Source: Thiotrichaceae bacterium (GTDB lineage Bacteria; Pseudomonadota; Gammaproteobacteria; Thiotrichales; Thiotrichaceae). From it: a stretch of 32,000 nucleotides of DNA. The translations under genes and the position numbers were made by a program. This document shows positions 1-7,826 of this stretch, one piece after another (the first letter of the stretch is position 1; every line of letters starts with the position of its first letter). A model generated the notes under the pieces. That model did not search any database. It had not been told where the DNA came from and was given only the letters and a program-made list of their open reading frames with translations. Location: contig CBDCZP010000005.1 in NCBI GenBank assembly GCA_965224605.1, positions 301,434 through 333,433 on the forward strand, in the 5' to 3' direction.

Positions 1-972
1 CACACAAGGATCATGACGACCTTTGGTAATAACTTCAATGGGTTCACCATCCAGATTGATCGTATTACCGGGTATCCGCAAACTAGAGGTGGGCTTGAAG
101 GCAGTATGCACTATCAAATCTTGTCCCGATGAAATGCCACCTAACACACCGCCGGCATGGTTGCTTTGAAAGCCTTCTGGTGTTATTTCGTCACGGTGTT
201 CTGTGCCTTTTTGCTCAATGCAATCAAAACCCGCGCCGATTTCTACCGCTTTGGCTGCATTAATACTCATCATGGAATGTGCAATATCAGCATCCAGCCT
301 GTCAAAAACGGGTTCGCCCAAACCCGGCATCATGCCAGTAGCAATGACTGTTATTTTTGCACCTACCGAATCCCCTGACTTTCTCAAGGCATCCATATAG
401 GTTTCCATTTCGGCTACTTTTTCTTTTTCAGGACAAAAAAACGGATTGTTACGCACTTCGCTCCAATCCTTTAACTCTACCTTGATAGGGCCAAGTTGGG
501 ATAAATAGCCCTTGATTTCAATAGTGTATTTTTCTTTTAGATATTTCTTGGCAACCGCTCCGGCGGCTACTCGTACGGCTGTTTCACGGGCTGATGATCT
601 ACCGCCCCCCCGATAGTCACGAAAGCCGTATTTTTTGTAGTAGGTATAATCCGCATGACCAGGACGAAAACGATCCATAATATCGGAATAGTCTTTTGAT
701 CGTTGATCTACGTTTCTAATGAGTAATGCTATCGGAGTACCCGTTGTTTTACCTTCAAACACACCAGAGAGTATTTCCACTTGATCTGGCTCACGACGTT
801 GGGTGGTATGCCGGCTAGTACCGGGTTTACGTAAATCAAGATCACCTTGAATATCGGCTTCTGTTAACTCCATTCCTGGAGGGCAACCATCAACGACACA
901 ACCGATTGCTGGGCCGTGGCTCTCTCCAAAAGAAGTGACTGTGAATAGTTTACCGTAGCTGTTACCTGACAT
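1..972 (-). CDS. aroC: chorismate synthase, 3'-truncated by the window edge (324 N-terminal codons present)
   Basis: Absent from the ORF track because it runs off the window. Manual minus-strand translation from the ATG at 972-970 gives [87 protein letters not shown]...[37 protein letters not shown]...GRHDPCV. I translated 361-972 and 1-21 and found no stop; the stretch between was only read through. These are hallmark AroC motifs. Confidence 0.93.
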   Translation of the reverse strand, partial: MSGNSYGKLFTVTSFGESHGPAIGCVVDGCPPGMELTEADIQGDLDLRKPGTSRHTTQRREPDQVEILSGVFEGKTTGTPIALLIRNVDQRSKDYSDIMDRFRPGHADYTYYKKYGFRDYRGGGRSSARETAVRVAAGAVAKKYLKEKYTIEIKGYLSQLGPIKVELKDWSEVRNNPFFCPEKEKVAEMETYMDALRKSGDSVGAKITVIATGMMPGLGEPVFDRLDADIAHSMMSINAAKAVEIGAGFDCIEQKGTEHRDEITPEGFQSNHAGGVLGGISSGQDLIVHTAFKPTSSLRIPGNTINLDGEPIEVITKGRHDPCV

Positions 973-1026
973 ATGTTTACTCTATTAGTATTATTTGAAT
1001 CCGTGATTCAATGCGGATTCAGGTAT

Positions 1027-1509
1027 TTAATTCCAGAAATACGCAATAAGCTGTAAGCCTATCAAGGCGTAAATACCCGCAATAATATCATCAAGCATTA
1101 TCCCGAAACCACCTTCTAGGTTTTTATCAGCCAGATTAATAGGCCATGGTTTCCATATATCAAAAAGTCGGAATAAGATAAAGCCGATAATAATCCATTT
1201 CCAGCCTTGTGGTGCGGCAATCATGGTGACCAAATAACCCGCTATTTCATCCCATACTATTCCTGCTGGATCATGCAGCCCCAACTGTTTAGCCGATTCA
1301 CCACACAACCAGATACCAAATAGACTTATTGCCAAGACGATGAGCAAGTACCAATGCAACGCCAGTGGCTGCATAATAAGAAACAAGGGTATAGCAACCA
1401 ACGTGCCAAAAGTCCCCGGTGCGATGGGGGCAAGGCCTGAACCAAAACCAAAAGCTAAAAAATGAGTGGGTGAACTGAGTACTTGCGCGCAGAGTGTTTT
1501 TTTCTTCAA
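1027..1509 (-). CDS. pgpA: phosphatidylglycerophosphatase A
   Basis: The 160-aa ORF carries the PgpA signature FLAFGFGSGLAPIAPGTFGTL...IVWDEIAGY...FRLFDIWKPWPI...GGFGIMLDDIIAG. The start is TTG at 1509-1507, with an in-frame TAG four codons upstream and a TAGGA Shine-Dalgarno-like sequence. Confidence 0.85.
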   Translation of the reverse strand: MKKKTLCAQVLSSPTHFLAFGFGSGLAPIAPGTFGTLVAIPLFLIMQPLALHWYLLIVLAISLFGIWLCGESAKQLGLHDPAGIVWDEIAGYLVTMIAAPQGWKWIIIGFILFRLFDIWKPWPINLADKNLEGGFGIMLDDIIAGIYALIGLQLIAYFWN

Positions 1510-2051
1510 AATGCTATCCTACCAATGCTTTATTATGTGCCGAGATGAGCTGCTGATTGAATCTCGAACCATAGCATATCTAAACCTATATTCCCCAGTT
1601 AACCTCCTCTACTATCACAAGCAATTGATTACGTATAAAGTAAGTACAAATGGAGCCGCTACAGCATGTAGAGCAACCCTAGTGGACTGACTAGCCTTGT
1701 AACAATTCTTTACAATTTACTTCACCACTAAGTTTAAAAAAACAGTAGCATAGCTAAACGGTTTATCCCCATTGAACTCGCTCCATGGGGTTATCTTGTC
1801 CTCGTAACTGATCAGGTTTATGCATTTATATACATTTACCCTCCTAGCCTGAATCTGATTATCTGCGGGGACTCTTTTTAATTTAGTATTAAAAACGAAC
1901 CTATATTGACCGGGTCAAAACCTCTTCCCTATTAAAATTTCTCAAATACCTATAAAGACCATATCTTAGCTTTTATCTCTAATTACCGTTAAGATGGTGA
2001 GAGTAATAGTAAAACAAGAATCATAGCCATTCCTAAGAAAGCTAGTTATTC

Positions 2052-2750
2052 ATGATAAGACCTGCAAAACAATCACATCGTATATTGATTGTCGACGATG
2101 ATCCTGTCTTACAGGTTTTTCTGGAGGATTATCTCTTGCAACAAGGGTATGAAGCCAGTTTTTGCGAAGCCGGTGAAAACCTGGAAAAATTTCTAAAGAA
2201 AAAGACGGTCGATCTAATCATTCTGGATATTTTGCTACCGGGAAAAGATGGTTTTTACTGGCTTGATTGGTTGCATCACAACCATCCCGCTATTAAAGTT
2301 TTTATGCTATCTGTAAAAGATCAGGATAATGATCGTATACAAAGCCTTGAGTCTGGGGCACATGATTATCTGGTCAAACCTTTTAATCCCAGAGAGTTAC
2401 TAGCCAGAATTAATAACCTTCTCCAGTCATCATCTGGAATGGAGAATGCCATCACCTTCGGGAATTTCTATTTCGATATTGAATGTCAGTGCCTAACTCA
2501 CCACCAACAAGTCATTAAACTGACGAATACGGAGTTAGTACTGTTAACCCAACTTTGCAAGAAAACTGAACAAATCGTTACCCGAGACGATCTTTCCCAA
2601 GCGCTTCGTGGCGATACTCATCACCCACTAGATCGCAGCATTGACGTGCATATCAATCGCCTCCGCGGGAAAATCGAAAAAGACCCATCATCACCACAAT
2701 ACATTCGCACTGTTTGGGGAAAGGGTTACCTATTCCATACCAATAAATAG
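2052..2750 (+). CDS. OmpR/PhoB-family response regulator (REC plus winged-helix DNA-binding domain)
   Basis: The receiver shows ILIVDDD...DLIILDILLPGKDG...LVKPFNPRELLARI. The C-terminal winged helix shows LTNTELVLL...SIDVHINRLRGKIE...IRTVWGKGY. Its stop codon overlaps the start of the downstream kinase by 1 nt. Confidence 0.9.
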   Translation: MIRPAKQSHRILIVDDDPVLQVFLEDYLLQQGYEASFCEAGENLEKFLKKKTVDLIILDILLPGKDGFYWLDWLHHNHPAIKVFMLSVKDQDNDRIQSLESGAHDYLVKPFNPRELLARINNLLQSSSGMENAITFGNFYFDIECQCLTHHQQVIKLTNTELVLLTQLCKKTEQIVTRDDLSQALRGDTHHPLDRSIDVHINRLRGKIEKDPSSPQYIRTVWGKGYLFHTNK

Positions 2751-4870
2751 TGATGCCGAACATGCAAAACCAACCACGGTTCGTTCTAAAAAATTCCTAT
2801 ATAACCTACATCGCATCACTCTTTTCAAGCATTATCCTCCTCATCGTTTTACATGGCTACATTGATAACTTCATTCTTTATGGCTGGTTTACACTTAATT
2901 TATTGATTATTGCTGTGAGAATAGGGCTCTCAAAAATACATCTTTTTCCGAATGATGACTTAAAAAATAGAAAGTATCGAAAAATTCCATTATATATTGG
3001 GATAACCGCTTCCGGCCTTGTCTGGGCTTCAACGGCCTGGTTGTTATTCCCTCAAGACGATCTTGTCCGACAACTGTTTCTGGTCTTTGTACTCATGGGA
3101 ATGACGGCGGGTTCACCGGCTGCATCAGCATCCAGCATTGTTGCTTTCTTATGCTTTTCACAACCTATCCTGCTTGCCCTTTCATTGCGTTTTCTTTATG
3201 AAGGGGAAAAAGTGTTCTACATCATGGCAGTGTTAACACAAATCCATAATGTATCGATGATTATTACCTCCATAAATTTCACTAAAATTCACAAGCGCTT
3301 TAGAATCGCCAAAGATACAGCGGAAACAGCCAGCCTAACGAAAAGCGAGTTTCTAGCCAATATTAGTCATGAAGTGCGCACACCCATTAACGCCATTGTC
3401 GGTATCAATTATTTACTTAAGCAAACCACCCTTACCCGACAACAACTGGATTTTGTAGATAAGTCATTAATTGCCTCGAACTCACTGCTTGGAAGTATCG
3501 ATAACATTCTCGGCTATTCAAAAATTGAGCAAAAGAAATTTGATCTGGAAATATCGTCTTTTCATCTCGACGATATACTCAATACCGTAACGACATTGGT
3601 CGAGTTTGATGCCAAGAAAAAAGCATTGATATTTACTGGGCACATTGAAAAAAACACTACAACATATCTCAGAGGCGACTCTGTGAAGCTAGTACAAATA
3701 TTAAAAAACCTCAGCGAGAATGCGGTGAAATTCACCGATAAAGGAGAAGTTGAACTCACCATCAAGCAGATCGAACAGACAGATAGCAAAGTATTAACTC
3801 ATTTCTCTATCCGCGACACTGGCATAGGCATCCATTTTAAAGACCATAACAAACTGTTTAAATCTTTTTCACAAGTCAACACCACCTATAGTCGTCAATA
3901 TGGCGGCACAGGGCTTGGACTCAGCATTAGTCAACAACTGGCTAATTTCATGGGAAGCGAAATTGAATTCGAGAGCGAGCCTAATCTAGGTAGCACCTTC
4001 TATTTTTCAATATGGTTTGAGACCTGTTTAGATAGTTTAGATAATATCGATACAAACCATACAGAGTTAACAGATTCATCGTCTATAAACCTAGACCCAC
4101 AAATACTTCCGGCGCTTACCGGTTACACCATTCTGCTGATTGAAGATGATGAATTGAATCAGCTAGTAGCAAGAGAATTACTGATACTACTTGGTGCGAA
4201 AGTAGAAATAGCAAGCACCGCACAACAAGCTTTTGATAGTCTTGAGACACACTTACCTGATTTAATCCTGCTGGATATTCAGATGCCTCATATTGATGGC
4301 TATGGCACCATTGCTGTTATTCGCTCAACCAGTGAATGGAAAGATCTACCCGTCATCTGTTTGACCGCACACGCCGGCGCCATCGAAAAAGAAAAGTCCC
4401 TGGCCGCAGGAATGGATGATTTCTTAACCAAACCGATTAATCCGAGTGAGCTACACAACGTACTAGTGAAGTGGCTTCCTCCAGAACCTGCAAAGCACTT
4501 CAACGACGAACTTAAGCGATCAAGCAATCACTCACAAAGAGAAATAACTCAAAACCTTATCAATGTGATGGATATGCTGGAAAATAAAGAAACCCGTATG
4601 ACTTTTTTAAAAAATGTCACCAGCTCTCTTACAAAATCGGTTGACGAACTTCAGCAGTATCTTACTAAGCGTGACTGGAAACAGGCCAGCATCTGTGCCC
4701 ACCGGCTGAGAGGAACTGCCAACCTTTACGCCAGCTCTACGCTGCAACAATGTTTACAAGATATTGATGATTTTCATATCAACAAGCAGAATGTAAACAA
4801 AACTCAAGAGCTGCTCAACATCGAATTTGCTTTGGTTGCCGAGCTTATGACTAACATGATGATCGATTAA
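2750..4870 (+). CDS. hybrid sensor histidine kinase (about 6 TM helices, DHp/HisKA, HATPase, REC, HPt)
   Basis: N-terminal residues 1-190 are about six hydrophobic helices with no large loops. The H-box is SEFLANISHEVRTPIN and the ATPase boxes are NAVKFT, DTGIGI and GGTGLGLSIS. The receiver shows ILLIEDDELNQ...LILLDIQMPHIDG...LTKP. The C-terminal HPt-like motif is CAHRLRGTA. The start is GTG at 2750 or ATG at 2753. Confidence 0.9.
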   Translation: MMPNMQNQPRFVLKNSYITYIASLFSSIILLIVLHGYIDNFILYGWFTLNLLIIAVRIGLSKIHLFPNDDLKNRKYRKIPLYIGITASGLVWASTAWLLFPQDDLVRQLFLVFVLMGMTAGSPAASASSIVAFLCFSQPILLALSLRFLYEGEKVFYIMAVLTQIHNVSMIITSINFTKIHKRFRIAKDTAETASLTKSEFLANISHEVRTPINAIVGINYLLKQTTLTRQQLDFVDKSLIASNSLLGSIDNILGYSKIEQKKFDLEISSFHLDDILNTVTTLVEFDAKKKALIFTGHIEKNTTTYLRGDSVKLVQILKNLSENAVKFTDKGEVELTIKQIEQTDSKVLTHFSIRDTGIGIHFKDHNKLFKSFSQVNTTYSRQYGGTGLGLSISQQLANFMGSEIEFESEPNLGSTFYFSIWFETCLDSLDNIDTNHTELTDSSSINLDPQILPALTGYTILLIEDDELNQLVARELLILLGAKVEIASTAQQAFDSLETHLPDLILLDIQMPHIDGYGTIAVIRSTSEWKDLPVICLTAHAGAIEKEKSLAAGMDDFLTKPINPSELHNVLVKWLPPEPAKHFNDELKRSSNHSQREITQNLINVMDMLENKETRMTFLKNVTSSLTKSVDELQQYLTKRDWKQASICAHRLRGTANLYASSTLQQCLQDIDDFHINKQNVNKTQELLNIEFALVAELMTNMMID

Positions 4871-5016
4871 TTAGTCAGCATCCGAAATATTTATCGTAGC
4901 CGATGTTGAGGTGTAGATAATCACTATAAATATATTATGTCTATTGTGTCGTGCCTCGTCAACTGTTCCTGCCTTGCTTTACATCCGTGCAGTCGTCGAT
5001 ACTTTAACAAATTAAC

Positions 5017-5046
5017 TTGACCCAATAAGTACATCACTACTATACT
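5017..5046 (+). promoter_or_regulatory. candidate sigma70 promoter of arsR (TTGACC, 18-nt spacer, TATACT)
   Basis: TTGACC lies at 5017-5022 and TATACT at 5041-5046. The expected transcription start, about 7 nt downstream, falls on or next to the A of the arsR ATG (5054). This is a motif match only. Confidence 0.4.
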
Positions 5047-5074
5047 TCGAAATATGTCGAAGTATAGTAGTGAT
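5033..5074. promoter_or_regulatory. perfect 18-bp inverted repeat (probable ArsR operator) centred on the arsR start codon
   Basis: ATCACTACTATACTTCGA (5033-5050), AATATG spacer, then TCGAAGTATAGTAGTGAT (5057-5074). The arms are exact reverse complements. The left arm contains the candidate -10 box and the spacer contains the ATG. Confidence 0.6.
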
Positions 5075-5395
5075 ACCGATCAACGCGCACTAATGTTCAA
5101 AGCATTGGGCAATCCTCATCGTCTTGCCATTTTCCAGCAACTGACTCAATGCTGTATGCCTGGAACCCTTTGTAGTGTTGAACAAGCACTGCATTTCACG
5201 GTAGGGCAAATTGGCAGCAATCTTGATATTGCGCCCTCCACTGTTTCGCATCATTTAAAAGAACTGTTCAGGGCAGGCTTAATTCAGACTAGACGAAATG
5301 GAAAGACTATTGAATGCTGGATCGAGCCTTCGTTGCTTGATGAATTATCCGCATTCTTTTCGACTGATATAGATAATTTAGACACAAATAAATAA
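5054..5395 (+). CDS. arsR: ArsR/SmtB-family metalloregulatory repressor
   Basis: It shows ALGNPHRLAIFQQL and the HTH DIAPSTVSHHLKELFRAGLI followed by a wing (RRNGKTIECW). A Cys cluster (C33, C34, C40) precedes the HTH. It lies 17 nt upstream of arsM. No Shine-Dalgarno sequence precedes the ATG. Confidence 0.85.
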   Translation: MSKYSSDTDQRALMFKALGNPHRLAIFQQLTQCCMPGTLCSVEQALHFTVGQIGSNLDIAPSTVSHHLKELFRAGLIQTRRNGKTIECWIEPSLLDELSAFFSTDIDNLDTNK

Positions 5396-5412
5396 CGTAG
5401 AAGGTACATAAA

Positions 5413-6291
5413 ATGAGTAATGAAGAAAGCTGTTGTGCTCCTAGCTGTTGTAGTGAGCCAGAAACAGAGGCGAAAAACACGCAAAAATCTGCCGTTGCAC
5501 AAAATAGACATCGTGAAAACGTCCGTGAAGTCTATACAAAAGTAGCTAATGCGGCGGATGAAAGTAGCTGTGATGGTCCAGCCGCTAGTTGCTGTGGCAC
5601 CTCTGACGATGAAGCTATTAATACCCTGATCTCAACCCGACTAGGCTATTCACAAGCCGATTTAGATCTTGTTCCCGAAGGAGCTGATATGGGTTTAGGC
5701 TGTGGTAATCCTCAAGCTATTGCAGCTTTACAGGCAGGAGAAACGGTTGTTGATCTAGGTTCTGGTGGCGGTTTTGATTGCTTTCTGGCATCCCCTCAAG
5801 TGAGCAATACGGGTCATGTCATTGGCATAGATATGACACCCGATATGATCAGCAAAGCTCGCAGCAATGCGGATACCGGAAAATTCACCAATGTAGAGTT
5901 TCGCCTAGGTGAGATTGAGAACTTACCCATAACAGACAACACTGTAGATGTGGTAATTTCTAATTGTGTGATTAACCTGTCACCTGATAAAGCCAAAGTC
6001 TTTGCAGAAATTTTTCGTGTATTAAAACCCGGTGGAAGAATCGCTATTTCCGATGTGGTTGCGACTGTTGAACTACCCGAGACCATGCGGAATGATCCTC
6101 TACTAATAGCAGGTTGTATGGGTAATGCCTCCTTGATTGGTGATTTGCAAGCCGATATAGAAGCGGCTGGCTTTAGCAATATAGCTATACAACCTAAAGA
6201 CTCATCCAGAGATTTCATTAAGGACTGGGCACCCAGTCTAGGAGTTGAGGATTATGTGGTTTCGGCAAGTATTGAAGCGGTGAAACCTTAA
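5413..6291 (+). CDS. arsM: arsenite S-adenosylmethionine methyltransferase
   Basis: It shows the GLGCGNP motif, the SAM-binding VVDLGSGGGFD, ISNCVINL and IAGCMGNA, which are positions of the conserved catalytic Cys residues of ArsM. An upstream Cys pair lies in SCDGPAASCCG. The protein aligns along its length with remembered ArsM sequences. GAAGG lies 9 nt before the ATG. Confidence 0.85.
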   Translation: MSNEESCCAPSCCSEPETEAKNTQKSAVAQNRHRENVREVYTKVANAADESSCDGPAASCCGTSDDEAINTLISTRLGYSQADLDLVPEGADMGLGCGNPQAIAALQAGETVVDLGSGGGFDCFLASPQVSNTGHVIGIDMTPDMISKARSNADTGKFTNVEFRLGEIENLPITDNTVDVVISNCVINLSPDKAKVFAEIFRVLKPGGRIAISDVVATVELPETMRNDPLLIAGCMGNASLIGDLQADIEAAGFSNIAIQPKDSSRDFIKDWAPSLGVEDYVVSASIEAVKP

Positions 6292-6548
6292 GAAGAGTAG
6301 AGATAGAGATATTAATACAAACGTAATTATATTGGATTCTAACTCATTAACCATGCAGCTATGTTGAGTTTTTGTTTGAAATTCGCTATAAAGTTTAACA
6401 TGCTTTTTTGAACTGCCCCCTTTTTCTGTCTTATCGTAATAATGTACTACACTCTATTCAACCACTTACAGCTACTTAGCTACACCCAAATAATATCCAA
6501 TTTGTAAATACACATCCTAAAAACTCTAATATAACAACAGGAATTATT

Positions 6549-7412
6549 ATGAATATGATGGTCTACTCTGTTAAAAAACACACTACTGTGGCTCTTTTAA
6601 CACTCACTTATACCTTTCTTATGACCTTCTCGAATGCTTTTGCCGCCAACACAATGGTACGCCAGAATCTAATCAAAGCATCTAATACAAAATCAAGCAA
6701 CGCCTATGCTTTCGAACGTTGTCGCGCTTTACAAGCAAAGCCCTTTGATGAAAGTAGTAGTAAGAAGAAAGTAATTATTATCGGCGATAGCCAAGGCTGT
6801 GATTTTCTTAACGGCGCTCTTGAAAATGGTTATCTCAGCAACTATCAAATCCGATTTCGCTTTATCCCTTATTCTTGCCAGAGAGTCCCTGGAGAGAATA
6901 TCGGGAAATATATAGCCCCCAAACACAGAAAATTCTGTTTACAATCGGAGCGTGCGGATAGTTTAAAGAAAGCCAAGCATCAAGTTCACAATGCTGATTT
7001 AGTTATTTTTTCTGCGCTATGGAAACCAGAGGTTGCCAGGAAACTACCACAAACTTTTCGCTACCTTGGAATCACGAAAAAGCAAAATGTGGTTGTCATC
7101 GGTAATAAGTTTTTTGGAAATATGTCGATAAGAAATTACATTCACATGCAGGATAACAAACTTAGATCATTGAGAGTGGATGTGGGTACTACTTCTTTGG
7201 ATATCAACTCTATCCTAAAAAAGAAACTCAACCGCAGAGTAATGTTTGTAGACCCGCACAAATTGGTGTGTGGCAACTCTACGACCTGCCCGGTCTTCAC
7301 CAATAATTTGCGATTAATATCTTATGATGGAAGGCATTTAACCAAAGCTGGTGCACGCTATATTGGCAAGATTTTGTTTAAGAAATCTGCACTGGGTGAA
7401 ATGTTGTATTAG
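6549..7412 (+). CDS. secreted SGNH/GDSL-type hydrolase-domain protein (resembles the SGNH domain found C-terminal to AT3 acyltransferases)
   Basis: The N-terminal signal peptide is VALLTLTYTFLMTFSNAFA|AN. Block I is VIIIGDSQG (Ser nucleophile) and the C-terminal ISYDGRHLT carries the DxxH catalytic pair. No acyltransferase membrane domain is attached or adjacent. Confidence 0.6.
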   Translation: MNMMVYSVKKHTTVALLTLTYTFLMTFSNAFAANTMVRQNLIKASNTKSSNAYAFERCRALQAKPFDESSSKKKVIIIGDSQGCDFLNGALENGYLSNYQIRFRFIPYSCQRVPGENIGKYIAPKHRKFCLQSERADSLKKAKHQVHNADLVIFSALWKPEVARKLPQTFRYLGITKKQNVVVIGNKFFGNMSIRNYIHMQDNKLRSLRVDVGTTSLDINSILKKKLNRRVMFVDPHKLVCGNSTTCPVFTNNLRLISYDGRHLTKAGARYIGKILFKKSALGEMLY

Positions 7413-7764
7413 AGAAAAAGAGGATATTGTCTATTATTCCTTTGGAAGGTCTGTTGATCTATCGGATTTGGCTAGAATATCTGATTAATATTACGTAAAT
7501 ATAAAATCTAAATGCTTTTTATTAGCATCACCAAGTTTTATTACTTGATTGAGTAAATCTAAGTGTTCAACTATAGGTTTAATTGTTATTTCCATATACT
7601 TCACTGACTGAAAACAGACAAGAGTTTAATATAACATGAGAAATTATTAGTCAAGAAGAGAAAAATTAACTAGTAAAGAACATGTTCTTCCATGGCTCCA
7701 CGTATACGAAGTAAATAAGATATTCTATATCTGAATTGAACTATAATATTTAAAATTAAAGAGT

Positions 7765-7795
7765 AAAAAAAAGGCAGCCAACTGGCTGCCTTTTT
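7765..7795. terminator. bidirectional rho-independent terminator (ends the atp operon)
   Basis: An A8 run (7765-7772), then GGCAGCCA-AC-TGGCTGCC (7773-7790), then T5 (7791-7795). On the minus strand the stem is followed by U8, 30 nt downstream of the atpC stop. Confidence 0.85.
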
Positions 7796-7826
7796 AGGAT
7801 TTACTTAAATAAATAAGGTTTGAAGC

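Noticed and set aside
157-400. Two plus-strand ORFs (73 and 65 aa) from the ORF track
   Set aside because: They lie antisense within a clean, motif-rich aroC reading frame. Their products are low-complexity and Cys/Phe-rich with no recognisable motifs.
973-1026. Hairpin GAATCCG-N10-CGGATTC between pgpA and aroC, considered as a terminator
   Set aside because: No U-run follows it on either strand. It is only 7 bp and lies between two co-directional genes that are probably co-transcribed.
1466-1690. 74-aa plus-strand ORF overlapping the pgpA start
   Set aside because: It has no Shine-Dalgarno sequence, overlaps pgpA antisense, and its product has no motifs. It is most likely a chance ORF in the promoter region.
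5814-6218. 134-aa minus-strand ORF inside arsM
   Set aside because: It is antisense to a confidently identified ArsM frame, and its Ser/Ile/Leu-rich product is typical of antisense translation.
7676-7689. Palindrome AAGAACATGTTCTT considered as a LexA/Cheo-type (GAAC-N4-GTTC) operator
   Set aside because: The spacing is wrong (GAAC-AT-GTTC), there is no gene downstream in either direction, and the lineage is not expected to use Cheo boxes. I kept it only as a descriptive note in the AT-rich spacer finding.
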